Assembly: GCF_000022265.1 (NCBI RefSeq)
Contig: NC_011979.1
Span: 2,910,001-2,942,000 of the forward strand
DNA from: Geotalea daltonii FRC-32
GTDB taxonomy: Bacteria; Desulfobacterota; Desulfuromonadia; Geobacterales; Geobacteraceae
Length of the DNA stretch: 32,000 nucleotides
Reading direction: 5' to 3'
Shown: positions 16,097-28,166 of the stretch, one piece after another
Position numbering within the stretch: the stretch's first letter is position 1
How the letters are laid out: every line of letters starts with the position of its first letter
Notes under the pieces: model-generated
Seen by the model: the letters and a program-made list of their open reading frames with translations, nothing else
What the model was told of the DNA's origin: nothing
Database searches by the model: none
Program-made: the position numbers and the translations under genes

Positions 16097-17167
16097 CTAG
16101 CTGGTATACATGAACTTGCGTTCCAGATCCATGGAATGTGACAGTCGTTTGGCATCTTCCAGCGTTATGAGATCCTGTTCATACATCTGCAACAGATGCT
16201 GATCCAGTGTCTGCATATGGTACTGGGTCTGTCCATTCTCAATGTGCTTTTCAATCTCATCGAGCCGCCCTTCGCGGATACAGGCCTGTATGGTCGTAGT
16301 GGAACGCATTATCTCAACCACAGGGAAAATGTTATCTCCTGTTTTGTCTTTGACAAGCCGTAACGAAACGGTAGCGACGAGGATGTCTGCCAATCGCTGG
16401 CGGATGATCTCCTGGGCATCGGGTGGGAAATGTCCGACAATTCGGTTTATGGTGGAAACTGCGCTCTGGGTGTGCAGGGTAGACAGGACCAAATGCCCGG
16501 TTTCTGCCGTTTTTATGCAGGCATCGATAGTCTCCTTGTCACGCATCTCTCCAACCATTATCACATCCGGATCCATTCTAAGGGCTGATTTGAGTGCAGA
16601 GTTAAAGCTATCCGTGTCAATCCCCACTTCTCTCTGAATGATGCAGCTTTTTTGTGAAGTAAAGAGAAATTCAATCGGATCTTCAATGGTAATGATATTG
16701 TGGTTGAAATTTTCATTTAGGAATCTCAACATCGAGGCAAGGGTGGTTGACTTTCCGTTACCGGTAGGGCCGGTGACCAGGATCAATCCATTGGGAGCAG
16801 TCGCTATTTCCGAAAGAACAGTCGGTAGGTGCAATTCCGAAAATGTGCCGATATTAGGCGGGATGACACGCATGACGACACCGAAATTGCCCCTCTGGCG
16901 GAATAAGCTAACCCTGAAACGACCGCCGCTGGATAAGGAGTATGATGCATCGAATTCACGCAAATCGGCGTTGAATTCACGACCATTATGCTCCATCACT
17001 GTTTTGGCGATAAAAAGGGTGTCATCTGCCGAAAGGTTGGGCATCTTAGCTCGGATCAGCTGCCCTCTTGCCCTGAAAAACGGGGGATTGTCCACTTCGA
17101 AATGGAGGTCGGATACCTTCTTCTGAAAGGCGATTTCTAATATCTGGTGTAAAGTTCTCGCGTCCAT
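16097..17167 (-). CDS. pilT: Type IV pilus retraction ATPase PilT family
   Basis: 356 aa. Walker A GPTGNGKSTT, Asp box/Walker B (DPDVIMVGEMRD), His box (GHLVLSTLHT), PilT-type C-terminal IQACIREGRLDEI (compare AIRNLIREGK). Confidence 0.9.
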   Translation of the reverse strand: MDARTLHQILEIAFQKKVSDLHFEVDNPPFFRARGQLIRAKMPNLSADDTLFIAKTVMEHNGREFNADLREFDASYSLSSGGRFRVSLFRQRGNFGVVMRVIPPNIGTFSELHLPTVLSEIATAPNGLILVTGPTGNGKSTTLASMLRFLNENFNHNIITIEDPIEFLFTSQKSCIIQREVGIDTDSFNSALKSALRMDPDVIMVGEMRDKETIDACIKTAETGHLVLSTLHTQSAVSTINRIVGHFPPDAQEIIRQRLADILVATVSLRLVKDKTGDNIFPVVEIMRSTTTIQACIREGRLDEIEKHIENGQTQYHMQTLDQHLLQMYEQDLITLEDAKRLSHSMDLERKFMYTS

Positions 17168-17205
17168 AATAAGCCCTTTTCGTTGAAATGTATTTTTATC
17201 TATTG

Positions 17206-18963
17206 CTATTGAGCTTGTTTTTCAAGTTTTTTTCGCATCAGAATATTATCAAAAATAAGGCTTGCATGTTTTGACAGAGAGGCGATCATATCTGTCGGAG
17301 CCGGTGTTGCGGCCTTGGCGCCAAAATCGGCGTAGGTAAGGGCGATGACACGGCCAAAACTCACTATGGGCACGACCAGTACCCTTGTTTCGGCTGGTGG
17401 GCCGATTTCTTCGTATAGAGATATCAATGCCTCATCCTCACCATGTTCAAAGGATATCTTTAAGTCATCTATGGCTTTCTGGAAAACGGAGATGGGCGCA
17501 AGCGAAACTTTAAAACGCAATGGAGCCGTTGCCCCGGTGCTTTTGTCGGATCTTATGCCAATACCGCGTTCAGCTATCAATTCTCCGTTGGCAACAATAA
17601 AAGTTATCGATCGTTCAAAAATTTCCGAGATAAATTTAAGCAGGGCAAATGAGAGGTCAGGTATCTCCTGGGCGATTCCCAAATCATGTATGCACCTGTT
17701 AAAAGCATCAAGTGGGATATTTGCATCGGATGAAAAAGAATTTTTCTGCATGTAAGAGCGGAAGGACTCTGTGAAATTAATGCTTCCTTCTGCGAAACCG
17801 ACTTTGGATTTATTTATATCCGGTTTGGGGAATATGGTGCGAACACCATCTTTCAGAGCCGCCAAAGAGGAATTTATGTCACCTGACACCAGTTTTATCA
17901 CAGACAATGTCTTGTAAGCTGTAAGCTTCGAGTTTATGAGTCGTGAGTATTTCTCATCAGTTCCAAAACTATCTATTATCAGAACAGGTGAGGCCTTTTT
18001 GGCTAGAGTCTGATCGATGATAGGGTCAAGATCAGTTTCATTGTCGGTTGTAAAAACTGCCAATTCATCAGCCTTGCAGGCAGCTGACAACAGGTTCGTG
18101 ATCAGCCTGTCGCAGCTGAATATTATAACGACAGGTCCGGGGATTCGGGGCGAGCCTGGATCTTTTTTGGGTGCGTTTCCGCACAAATCAACCATGTATG
18201 AAACAAGCTTTTGTTGTTGGTCTGCCGGTACGTCAAGAAGTTCTTCCTTCAGTCTCTGGCGCAAGTCTTCAGCCGGATCGAAAAATTTTACCCCTGTAAA
18301 TACCTCAGGGATTTTTTTATCAAGGCTATCCAGATCATCCAGGCCAAGATCGCTTGCCGAGATCAGAGGAGCGTCGCTTTCACATTCAAGAAAACCGGGT
18401 TGTTCCGCATCACTCGTAACAAATGTAGGTTCATTCAACGTCCCGTCACGTTTTTTCTCATCGTAGATGCGGAGTGCGTCCATGAGAATGCTTTGGGTGT
18501 TAAGGTTCAGGGTTTCTTTCAGCGTATCGGGAAAATACCTATATTCGTCAGAAACTGTCAACTTGTCGATTTCCAGTTCAAATGTACCGGTGGTCCAAGT
18601 CAAAACATCGACGATAGTCATCTCTATCAACATCTCCAGCCCTTTGAAAGCTGTGTCCCTGTTGATCAGACCATTTTCTATCAGTGTGGCAATTAAAGGC
18701 TTGCGGTTGTTACCAGCATTCTTCTGTTCCTGCAGAGCGTTTTCCAACTGCGCGGCACTGATGGCATTCAGGTCCACCAGTATCTGGCCAACTTGTATGC
18801 TGTTGTTATGGTGATTTGCACTGACAATGTAGCCTTCATTGAAGACAATCTGACTCTGGCCCCGTTTGCTTTTCAGCCCAAGGGTGCCGGATTTCTTGGT
18901 AGAGTGAAGCAGTTGAATCAAATCGACAATGGGGAGATGTTCAAGATCGCCGACAAAGGACAT
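17206..18963 (-). CDS. DUF4388/PATAN-like N-terminal domain protein with T2SS-E_N-like segment, receiver-like central region and GAF-like C-terminus
   Basis: 585 aa. The N-terminus GDLEHLPIVDLIQLLHSTKKSGTLGLKSKRGQSQIVFNEGYIVSA matches the DUF4388 pattern. VGQILVDLNAISAAQLENALQEQK..KPLIATLIENGLINRD resembles the GspE N-terminal motif. PVVIIFSCDR...PVLIIDSFG is receiver-like. The C-terminus ..ITFIVANGELIAERGIG...VLVVPIVSFGRVIALTYADFG is GAF-like. It ends 38 nt upstream of pilT on the same strand. Confidence 0.6.
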   Translation of the reverse strand: MSFVGDLEHLPIVDLIQLLHSTKKSGTLGLKSKRGQSQIVFNEGYIVSANHHNNSIQVGQILVDLNAISAAQLENALQEQKNAGNNRKPLIATLIENGLINRDTAFKGLEMLIEMTIVDVLTWTTGTFELEIDKLTVSDEYRYFPDTLKETLNLNTQSILMDALRIYDEKKRDGTLNEPTFVTSDAEQPGFLECESDAPLISASDLGLDDLDSLDKKIPEVFTGVKFFDPAEDLRQRLKEELLDVPADQQQKLVSYMVDLCGNAPKKDPGSPRIPGPVVIIFSCDRLITNLLSAACKADELAVFTTDNETDLDPIIDQTLAKKASPVLIIDSFGTDEKYSRLINSKLTAYKTLSVIKLVSGDINSSLAALKDGVRTIFPKPDINKSKVGFAEGSINFTESFRSYMQKNSFSSDANIPLDAFNRCIHDLGIAQEIPDLSFALLKFISEIFERSITFIVANGELIAERGIGIRSDKSTGATAPLRFKVSLAPISVFQKAIDDLKISFEHGEDEALISLYEEIGPPAETRVLVVPIVSFGRVIALTYADFGAKAATPAPTDMIASLSKHASLIFDNILMRKKLEKQAQ

Positions 18964-19123
18964 GCAGCACCTTCACTTTCTGTAGATTTTGAATTTTCCT
19001 TCCATACTTCCCTTTGGGACTGGGATTATAACCAAAATTTTCCAGAAAATCCTCAAATATTATTATTTGAAAGACCAGACCAGTGTTTTTTTGAAACTTT
19101 TATTGTTTTCATGGCTTTAATCC

Positions 19124-19152
19124 TTGAAGCGTTAAAGCTTTTTGAGTATAAT
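19124..19152 (+). promoter_or_regulatory. Putative sigma70-type promoter of aspS
   Basis: TTGAAG (19124-19129), 17-nt spacer, TATAAT (19147-19152), ~45 nt upstream of the aspS ATG. Confidence 0.4.
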
Positions 19153-19195
19153 TTGCAGGTTTTTTTAACTGAGACAGGACAGGGGGATTCTTTAA

Positions 19196-20977
19196 ATGAT
19201 AGATTTTCTGGGCGATTGGAAGAGAACACACTACTGCGGTACTCTGACTGCAGATGATACAGGAAAAGAAGTTGTCTTGATGGGATGGGCTCATCGGCGC
19301 AGGGATCATGGCGGACTGATTTTCGTTGACTTGCGCGATCGAGAAGGTTTGGCGCAGATAGTTTTCGATCCTGATAACAGTGCTGAAGCTCATCACAAAG
19401 CCGAAGCCATTCGCAATGAATATGTCGTTGCTGTGAAAGGCAAGGTTATCCCCAGGCCCCAAGGGACTGTAAACACTAATCTTCGGACCGGAGCTGTTGA
19501 AATACTTGTATCGGCATGCAAGATCCTCAGTCGCTCCAAGGCACTTCCATTCACCCTGGACGATTATGTCGATGTGGCTGAAAACCTGCGCCTTAAACAT
19601 CGATATCTTGACCTGCGCCGTCCTGTCTTGCAGGATAATCTCATCCTACGCTCCAAAGTGGCTCAGGTTACGCGCCAATATCTGACCGGCAATGGGTTCC
19701 TTGAACTTGAAACCCCCTTTCTCACCAAATCGACCCCTGAAGGTGCCCGGGATTTTCTCGTTCCATCACGCATCAACCGCGGCGAGTTCTATGCGTTGCC
19801 GCAATCGCCTCAACTGTTTAAGCAAATTTTGATGATCTCCGGCTTTGATCGCTATTTTCAAATTGTCCGTTGTTTCAGGGACGAAGATCTTCGTGCCGAC
19901 CGACAGCCGGAGTTTACCCAGATCGACTGCGAAATGTCGTTTATAGACCGTGAAGATATCATCACGGTTATGGAAGGGCTTATTGCCCGCATCTTCGCCG
20001 ATGTGAAAGATATGTCGGTAAGCCTTCCCATCAAGCGCATGACCTATGCCGAATCAATCAACCGTTTCGGCGTTGACAATCCGGACCTTCGTTTCGGTCT
20101 CGAACTGGTTGAACTCTCCGATATTGTCAAGGGCTCAGGGTTTAAGGTCTTTGCCGATGTGGTCGCCGGCGGCGGAATTGTCAAAGGACTCAATGCGAAG
20201 GGCTGTGGTGGCATGTCCCGCAAGGAGATCGATGATCTCACTGAATTCGTGAAAATTTACGGGGCTAAAGGTCTGGCCTATGTAAAAGTGACCGAAGATG
20301 GCTGGCAATCCCCTATAACCAAGTTCTTTACCGGTGAAGAAATATCGGCAATGACAAAAACTTTTGCCGCTGAACAGGGAGACCTGCTCCTGTTCGTTGC
20401 TGACAAGCCCAAGGTAGTCAATGATTCGCTGGGGAAATTGCGAAATCAGCTGGCTAAAATTCTTGGTCTGTTGGACAAGAATACCTTTAACTTTGTCTGG
20501 ATTACCGATTTCCCCCTTCTTGAATGGGACGAGGAGGAGAAGCGGTGGGCCGCTGTGCATCACCCCTTTACCGCCCCTATGGATGAAGACCTGGAATATG
20601 TTGAAAACGACCCGGGACGTTGCCGTGCCAAGGCTTACGATCTCGTATTGAACGGAAACGAAATTGGTGGAGGAAGCATAAGAATCCATCAGGAAAAAGT
20701 TCAATCTCTCATGTTCAAGATGCTTGGCCTTAGCGAAGAGGATGCAAAAGCAAAATTTGGATTCCTTCTTGATGCCTTGGAGTATGGTACACCTCCCCAT
20801 GGGGGAATTGCTTTTGGTCTTGACCGCTTGATCATGCTGCTCACTGGCAGCGATTCCATCAGGGATGTAATTGCTTTTCCAAAGACTCAAAAAGGAGCCT
20901 GTCTCATGTCGGAGGCACCTTCTCCGGTGGATTTGAAACAATTGAGAGAACTGGGTTTGAAAACGACCGGCAAATGA
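19196..20977 (+). CDS. aspS: Aspartate--tRNA ligase (bacterial type with insertion domain)
   Basis: 593 aa. OB-fold N-terminus ([34 protein letters not shown]), class II motifs ([13 protein letters not shown]; [23 protein letters not shown]; GGGSIRIH; GIAFGLDRL). Confidence 0.95.
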   Translation: MIDFLGDWKRTHYCGTLTADDTGKEVVLMGWAHRRRDHGGLIFVDLRDREGLAQIVFDPDNSAEAHHKAEAIRNEYVVAVKGKVIPRPQGTVNTNLRTGAVEILVSACKILSRSKALPFTLDDYVDVAENLRLKHRYLDLRRPVLQDNLILRSKVAQVTRQYLTGNGFLELETPFLTKSTPEGARDFLVPSRINRGEFYALPQSPQLFKQILMISGFDRYFQIVRCFRDEDLRADRQPEFTQIDCEMSFIDREDIITVMEGLIARIFADVKDMSVSLPIKRMTYAESINRFGVDNPDLRFGLELVELSDIVKGSGFKVFADVVAGGGIVKGLNAKGCGGMSRKEIDDLTEFVKIYGAKGLAYVKVTEDGWQSPITKFFTGEEISAMTKTFAAEQGDLLLFVADKPKVVNDSLGKLRNQLAKILGLLDKNTFNFVWITDFPLLEWDEEEKRWAAVHHPFTAPMDEDLEYVENDPGRCRAKAYDLVLNGNEIGGGSIRIHQEKVQSLMFKMLGLSEEDAKAKFGFLLDALEYGTPPHGGIAFGLDRLIMLLTGSDSIRDVIAFPKTQKGACLMSEAPSPVDLKQLRELGLKTTGK

Positions 20978-20983
20978 AGGTAA

Positions 20984-21700
20984 ATGATGTACCGTTTTCA
21001 TCTAATAAAGTATCTGCAGACTCTCATGCTCATCTGCCTGTTCGCCGGGTGTTCAACCCCGGCTCCGGTATGGAGGCAGGATGCCCTCAGCCTCTTGGAA
21101 AGGGTCAGGATTCATGACGGGCAGAAGATTCTTCCCGCAGAATACAAGAGTATTGAGGATCTTGTTTTGAGAGGCGATGCCCTGGTGAGGAAAGAGGAGA
21201 TCGAGGCGGCCGACAAGCTATTTCTACTCGCCTGGTCAAAGGCGAATCTCCTCGAAAAAAACCTCCTGCTGGAAAAACGAAGGCTATCCGAGGAGAAACT
21301 GCGCAAGGAACAGGCAGAGCGTCTTGAAGCTGATCGCAAGCGAGCCATGGAAGAAGAGAGTCGTAAGCAGGCGGAGCAAAAAATAGCGGAAGAAAAAGCC
21401 GCCCGAGCAGCAGAGACACGCAGGCTTGCAGAAAAAACCGAAAGAACCAAACAGACCAGAGAAAGGCAATCCCCCGCATATCACACTGTCAAAAGAGGGG
21501 AGAGCCTACCGTTTATAGCTTCACAGCCTGAGGTTTACAATGATCGGAATCTTTGGCCTCTTCTCTACCGCGCAAACCGTGATCAGATCAGTAATCCTAA
21601 GCATCTATGGCCTGGGCAGGTGTTGCGTATCCCTCGAAACCCAAGTCGAGATGATATTGCAGAGGCAAGGAAATATGCCCAGGATCGGCCTCTTCATTAG
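20984..21700 (+). CDS. LysM-domain lipoprotein with charged coiled-coil region
   Basis: 238 aa. Signal with lipobox LFAGC. E/K/R/A-rich coiled coil (EKRRLSEEKLRKEQAERLEADRKRAMEEESRKQAEQK...). C-terminal LysM (YHTVKRGESLPFIASQPEVYNDRNLWPLLYRANRDQISNPKHLWPGQVLRIP). Confidence 0.8.
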   Translation: MMYRFHLIKYLQTLMLICLFAGCSTPAPVWRQDALSLLERVRIHDGQKILPAEYKSIEDLVLRGDALVRKEEIEAADKLFLLAWSKANLLEKNLLLEKRRLSEEKLRKEQAERLEADRKRAMEEESRKQAEQKIAEEKAARAAETRRLAEKTERTKQTRERQSPAYHTVKRGESLPFIASQPEVYNDRNLWPLLYRANRDQISNPKHLWPGQVLRIPRNPSRDDIAEARKYAQDRPLH

Positions 21701-21788
21701 TTTACTTCCCCTGTAGCCACCGATGATTCCTTAAAGATGCAGGTGTCTTAAAAGTCGTAAATTACACCGTTTTCCCCTATATTTTTCC

Positions 21789-21815
21789 TTGACACTGAAA
21801 TCGCTTTTGTATACT
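21789..21815 (+). promoter_or_regulatory. Putative promoter of icd-mdh
   Basis: TTGACA (21789-21794), 15-nt spacer (short), TATACT (21810-21815). A second perfect TATAAT at 21837-21842 has a poor -35. The TSS is not determinable from sequence. Confidence 0.35.
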
Positions 21816-21825
21816 GTATACAAAA
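21805..21825. promoter_or_regulatory. Candidate operator, TCA-motif copy B: perfect 10-1-10 palindrome TTTTGTATAC-T-GTATACAAAA
   Basis: Read directly. The reverse complement is identical except for the central base. It shares the core TTGTATACnGTAT with sites at 12789-12802 and 25352-25365, and overlaps the predicted -10. Confidence 0.55.
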
Positions 21826-21978
21826 TTTCTCGTGACTATAATGATATTTGTCTAATTTGATCTGCTGAGTGATAATTTTCCCGCGATGTATGCTTCTGGC
21901 TCAAATTTTCAACTACGGCGTCAAAGCATGAACTGCATTATTTTCCATTATAGCCTCCGGCGATGGCATAAAAACTAA

Positions 21979-24219
<2,241 letters not shown>

Positions 24220-24232
24220 GGTGCAGTAATAA

Positions 24233-25216
<984 letters not shown>

Positions 25217-25241
25217 TAAGTTTTAAGGGATGTAAGCTGGG

Positions 25242-25280
25242 AAAGAAGGGCAACAACAGCTGCCCTTCTTTTCTTTTTTT
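25242..25280 (+). terminator. Rho-independent terminator after mdh
   Basis: AAAGAAGGGCA-ACAACAGC-TGCCCTTCTTT: 11-bp stem followed by TCTTTTTTT. Confidence 0.8.
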
Positions 25281-25344
25281 AGCGTCCCGAAAAGACCATA
25301 AAACGTTGTTACATGGCTGAAGAGGGTTAGTAAACAACTCTTTC

Positions 25345-25374
25345 TTGCTTTTTGTATACAGTATGTGCTATACA
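25345..25374 (+). promoter_or_regulatory. Putative promoter of korDABC
   Basis: TTGCTT (25345-25350), 18-nt spacer, TATACA (25369-25374). The spacer consists of the shared motif. Confidence 0.3.
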
Positions 25375-25376
25375 AG
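25350..25376. promoter_or_regulatory. Candidate operator, TCA-motif copy C (TTTTGTATACAGTATG plus inverted TATACAA half-site)
   Basis: TTGTATACAGTATG at 25352-25365 is identical to the acnB site. The downstream CTATACAAG (25368-25376) is the inverted complement of TTGTATA, giving a second, wider-spaced palindrome. Confidence 0.5.
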
Positions 25377-25423
25377 CACAGTTTTGCCTGAAAAGGCATA
25401 TTCCAGCAAAGGAGTGTACGTAG

Positions 25424-25618
25424 ATGGATAAGAAGCTTCCGACAATTGAGATCATCGAGAAGTACTGCAAGGGATGTCACATCTGTGTCGAGTTCTGCCC
25501 GACCAAAGTTCTCGAAATGAAGGGCTTTGTGGCGTCGGTTAAAAATCTTGAAGCCTGCATTAAATGCATGCAGTGTGAACTGAGATGTCCGGATTTCGCA
25601 ATTAAAGTCACCGCTTAA
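25424..25618 (+). CDS. korD: 2-oxoglutarate:ferredoxin oxidoreductase delta subunit (2x[4Fe-4S] ferredoxin)
   Basis: 64 aa with two CxxCxxCxxxCP motifs (CKGCHICVEFCP, CIKCMQCELRCP). It is the first gene of a delta-alpha-beta-gamma set. Confidence 0.8.
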   Translation: MDKKLPTIEIIEKYCKGCHICVEFCPTKVLEMKGFVASVKNLEACIKCMQCELRCPDFAIKVTA

Positions 25619-25641
25619 TAATCAATCAGGAGGTAGAGAAA

Positions 25642-26775
25642 GTGGCAAAGAAAGTTGCTTTTATGCAGGGTAACGAAGCTGGCGCCCAAGGCGCACTTTA
25701 TGCCGGCTGCAAGTTTTTCGCCGGTTACCCGATTACTCCGTCAACCGAGGTTGCGGAGGTTATGTCGGCAGAGCTGCCTAAGATAGGTGGAAAATTCATT
25801 CAAATGGAAGATGAGATTGGTGCAATGGCTGCGGTCATCGGTGGTTCACTCGCCGGCTCCAAGGCTCTTACTGCTACTTCCGGCCCTGGCTTGTCATTGA
25901 AACAGGAGCTGATCGGCTATGCCTGCATCGCTGAGACACCTGTTGTCATTTTTAACGTTATGCGTGGCGGCCCTTCAACAGGTATGCCGACAGGCCCGAG
26001 CCAATCGGACGTCATGTCTGCCAAATGGGGAACCCACGGTGACCATCCGGCCATCTGCCTTGTTCCTGCGTCGGTTCAGGAGATATTTGAAGAAACCGTC
26101 CGTGCCTTCAACCTTGCTGAAAAATATCGTACTCCTGTCATGATTATGCCTGATGAAATCGTTGCCCATATGAGGGAAAGAATCGTTTTCCCCGAGCCGG
26201 GCGAACTCAAAGTTATCGACCGCACTGCTCCTTCCGTTTCCCCTGATCAATATAAACCTTACGATACCAAATTCGGCGATGTTCCTCCCTTGGCTGCTTT
26301 CGGCTCCGCCTATCGCTTCCATGTGACCGGCCTCAATAAAGCAGAAGACGGCTTCCCCACCACCAAGGCTGCTCTTGTTCAGGCCGAAGAAGAGCGTCAA
26401 GTGCGTAAGGTGGATGCAAACATCGACGATATCGTCACCTTCGAAGAATACATGCTTGACGATGCCGAAGTTGCCATTGTCGCTTTCGGTTCCACTTCAC
26501 GTTCCGCACGTTTTGCAGTTAACGAAGCTCGCAAGGCCGGTATCAAGGTGGGCTTGTTCAGAATCAAGACCTTCTGGCCATTCCCTGACAAGCAGATTAA
26601 AGCACTTGCTTCAAAGGTAAAAGCAATCATAACACCCGAGATGAACCTTGGCATGTGCACAGTGGAGGTTCAGCGTTGTGCCGAAGGCAAGGCACCGGTT
26701 CACGGCATTTTCCGCGTAGATGGAGAGCCGATCAACCCTGGTCAGATCCTCGATAAGATCAAGGAGGTTAAGTAA
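25642..26775 (+). CDS. korA: 2-oxoglutarate:ferredoxin oxidoreductase alpha subunit
   Basis: 377 aa. GTG start 8 nt after AGGAGG. OFOR alpha N-terminus (MQGNEAGAQGALYAGCKFFAGYPITPSTE...). Substrate specificity is inferred from the TCA gene context. Confidence 0.85.
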   Translation: MAKKVAFMQGNEAGAQGALYAGCKFFAGYPITPSTEVAEVMSAELPKIGGKFIQMEDEIGAMAAVIGGSLAGSKALTATSGPGLSLKQELIGYACIAETPVVIFNVMRGGPSTGMPTGPSQSDVMSAKWGTHGDHPAICLVPASVQEIFEETVRAFNLAEKYRTPVMIMPDEIVAHMRERIVFPEPGELKVIDRTAPSVSPDQYKPYDTKFGDVPPLAAFGSAYRFHVTGLNKAEDGFPTTKAALVQAEEERQVRKVDANIDDIVTFEEYMLDDAEVAIVAFGSTSRSARFAVNEARKAGIKVGLFRIKTFWPFPDKQIKALASKVKAIITPEMNLGMCTVEVQRCAEGKAPVHGIFRVDGEPINPGQILDKIKEVK

Positions 26776-26777
26776 AA

Positions 26778-27596
26778 ATGGCTTTTGATTATGATAAATA
26801 TATCCGTCCCGGCAAACTGCCGCATATCTGGTGCCCGGGCTGCGGCCACGGCATAATTATGAAAGGGCTGATCCGGGCCATAGATACTCTTGGCCTTGAA
26901 AAGAACAACACTGCTATCGTTTCAGGTATCGGTTGCGCTTCCCGGCTTCCCGGTTATTTGGATTTCTGTACGTTGCATACTGCCCATGGGCGTGCTGCAG
27001 CTTTCGCTACAGGCGTAAAAATGGCCAAACCAGAGATGAACGTCATAGTAGTCGGCGGTGATGGCGACGGTACTGCCATCGGCGGCAACCACTTCATCCA
27101 TGCCTGCCGTAGAAACATCGACATGACCTACATCATCATGAACAACAACATCTACGGCATGACCGGTGGTCAATTCTCTCCCTGTACGCCTACCGGCGCC
27201 AAGGCTTCCACAACTCCTTATGGAAACCCTGACCCTGCATTCGACATAGCCAAGCTTGCTATCGGCGCAGGTGCTACTTTTGTTGCCCGTGGCACTGCCT
27301 ACCATGCGACCCAGATCGACAAGCTCATTGCTGAAGCAGTTCAGCATAAAGGCTTCTCTGTCGTCGAAATCCTTGACGACTGTCCGACTACTTACGGTCG
27401 TCGTAACAAGTTCAAGTCCGTCATTGAAATGATGAACAGATTGAAGGACATCGCCGTTCCCATCAAAGCTGCCGAGAAAATGACCCCTGAGCAGCTCCAG
27501 GGCAAGATTCTTACCGGCGTGCTTTACAAGGAAGAAAAGCCGGAATACACAACCGAGTATGCAAAGGTTATCGATCGCGCCAAGGGCGGCAAGTAA
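26778..27596 (+). CDS. korB: 2-oxoglutarate:ferredoxin oxidoreductase beta subunit (TPP-binding)
   Basis: 272 aa. CPGCGHG Fe-S motif, TPP motif GDGDGTAIGGNH...NNNIYGMTGGQ. Confidence 0.85.
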   Translation: MAFDYDKYIRPGKLPHIWCPGCGHGIIMKGLIRAIDTLGLEKNNTAIVSGIGCASRLPGYLDFCTLHTAHGRAAAFATGVKMAKPEMNVIVVGGDGDGTAIGGNHFIHACRRNIDMTYIIMNNNIYGMTGGQFSPCTPTGAKASTTPYGNPDPAFDIAKLAIGAGATFVARGTAYHATQIDKLIAEAVQHKGFSVVEILDDCPTTYGRRNKFKSVIEMMNRLKDIAVPIKAAEKMTPEQLQGKILTGVLYKEEKPEYTTEYAKVIDRAKGGK

Positions 27597-27620
27597 TTAA
27601 ATCCTAAAGGAGAAAGTCAG

Positions 27621-28166
27621 ATGTCACAAAGATATGAAATCAGATTCTCCGGGGCAGGCGGACAGGGTTTGATCCTTGCCGGAGTTATCATGGCTGAAGC
27701 CGCCTCGATATATGATGGAAAGCAGGCTGTTCAGTCCCAGAGCTATGGCCCCGAGGCTCGCGGTGGTGCATCCAAGTCCGAGGTTATCGTTTCGGACTCC
27801 CTTATCGACTATCCCAAGGCCACTGTTGTTGATGCGCTTCTGGCACTGACACAGGAAGCCTGCGACAAGTATTCCCATGACCTTAAAGAAGGCGGTGTGC
27901 TGCTTATAGACTCCGACCTGGTTACGAGACAGCCCAAGGGCAACTTCAAGGTGGTTTCATTTCCCATCATCAATACGGCGAAGAATGACGTTGGCCGTGA
28001 GATCGTTGCCAACATAGTAGCGCTTGGCGCGATGGTGGCACTGACCGGGGTCGTCACCAAGGAAAGTGCAGAGAAGGCAGTTCTTGCCCGTGTTCCCGAG
28101 GCATTTGTGGACCTGAACAAGAAAGCTTTCCAGATGGGTTATGACAAGGCTATTGCCGCAAAATAA
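27621..28166 (+). CDS. korC: 2-oxoglutarate:ferredoxin oxidoreductase gamma subunit
   Basis: 181 aa. OFOR gamma pattern (IRFSGAGGQGLILAGVIMAEAA...SYGPEARGGASKSEVIVSD). The last 123 nt are part of the tandem duplication. Confidence 0.85.
   Translation: MSQRYEIRFSGAGGQGLILAGVIMAEAASIYDGKQAVQSQSYGPEARGGASKSEVIVSDSLIDYPKATVVDALLALTQEACDKYSHDLKEGGVLLIDSDLVTRQPKGNFKVVSFPIINTAKNDVGREIVANIVALGAMVALTGVVTKESAEKAVLARVPEAFVDLNKKAFQMGYDKAIAAK

Noticed and set aside
19111-19145. Small hairpin GCTTTAA-N11-TTAAAGC followed by TTTTT in the divergent intergenic region upstream of aspS.
   Set aside because: The 7-bp AT-rich stem has a large loop and overlaps the predicted aspS -35 and spacer. No upstream gene on this strand needs a terminator there.
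21886-21978. 30-codon upstream ORF (MYASGSNFQLRRQSMNCIIFHYSLRRWHKN*) ending inside the icd RBS.
   Set aside because: No Shine-Dalgarno sequence precedes its ATG, its composition is unremarkable, and I cannot assess conservation. It is most likely fortuitous.
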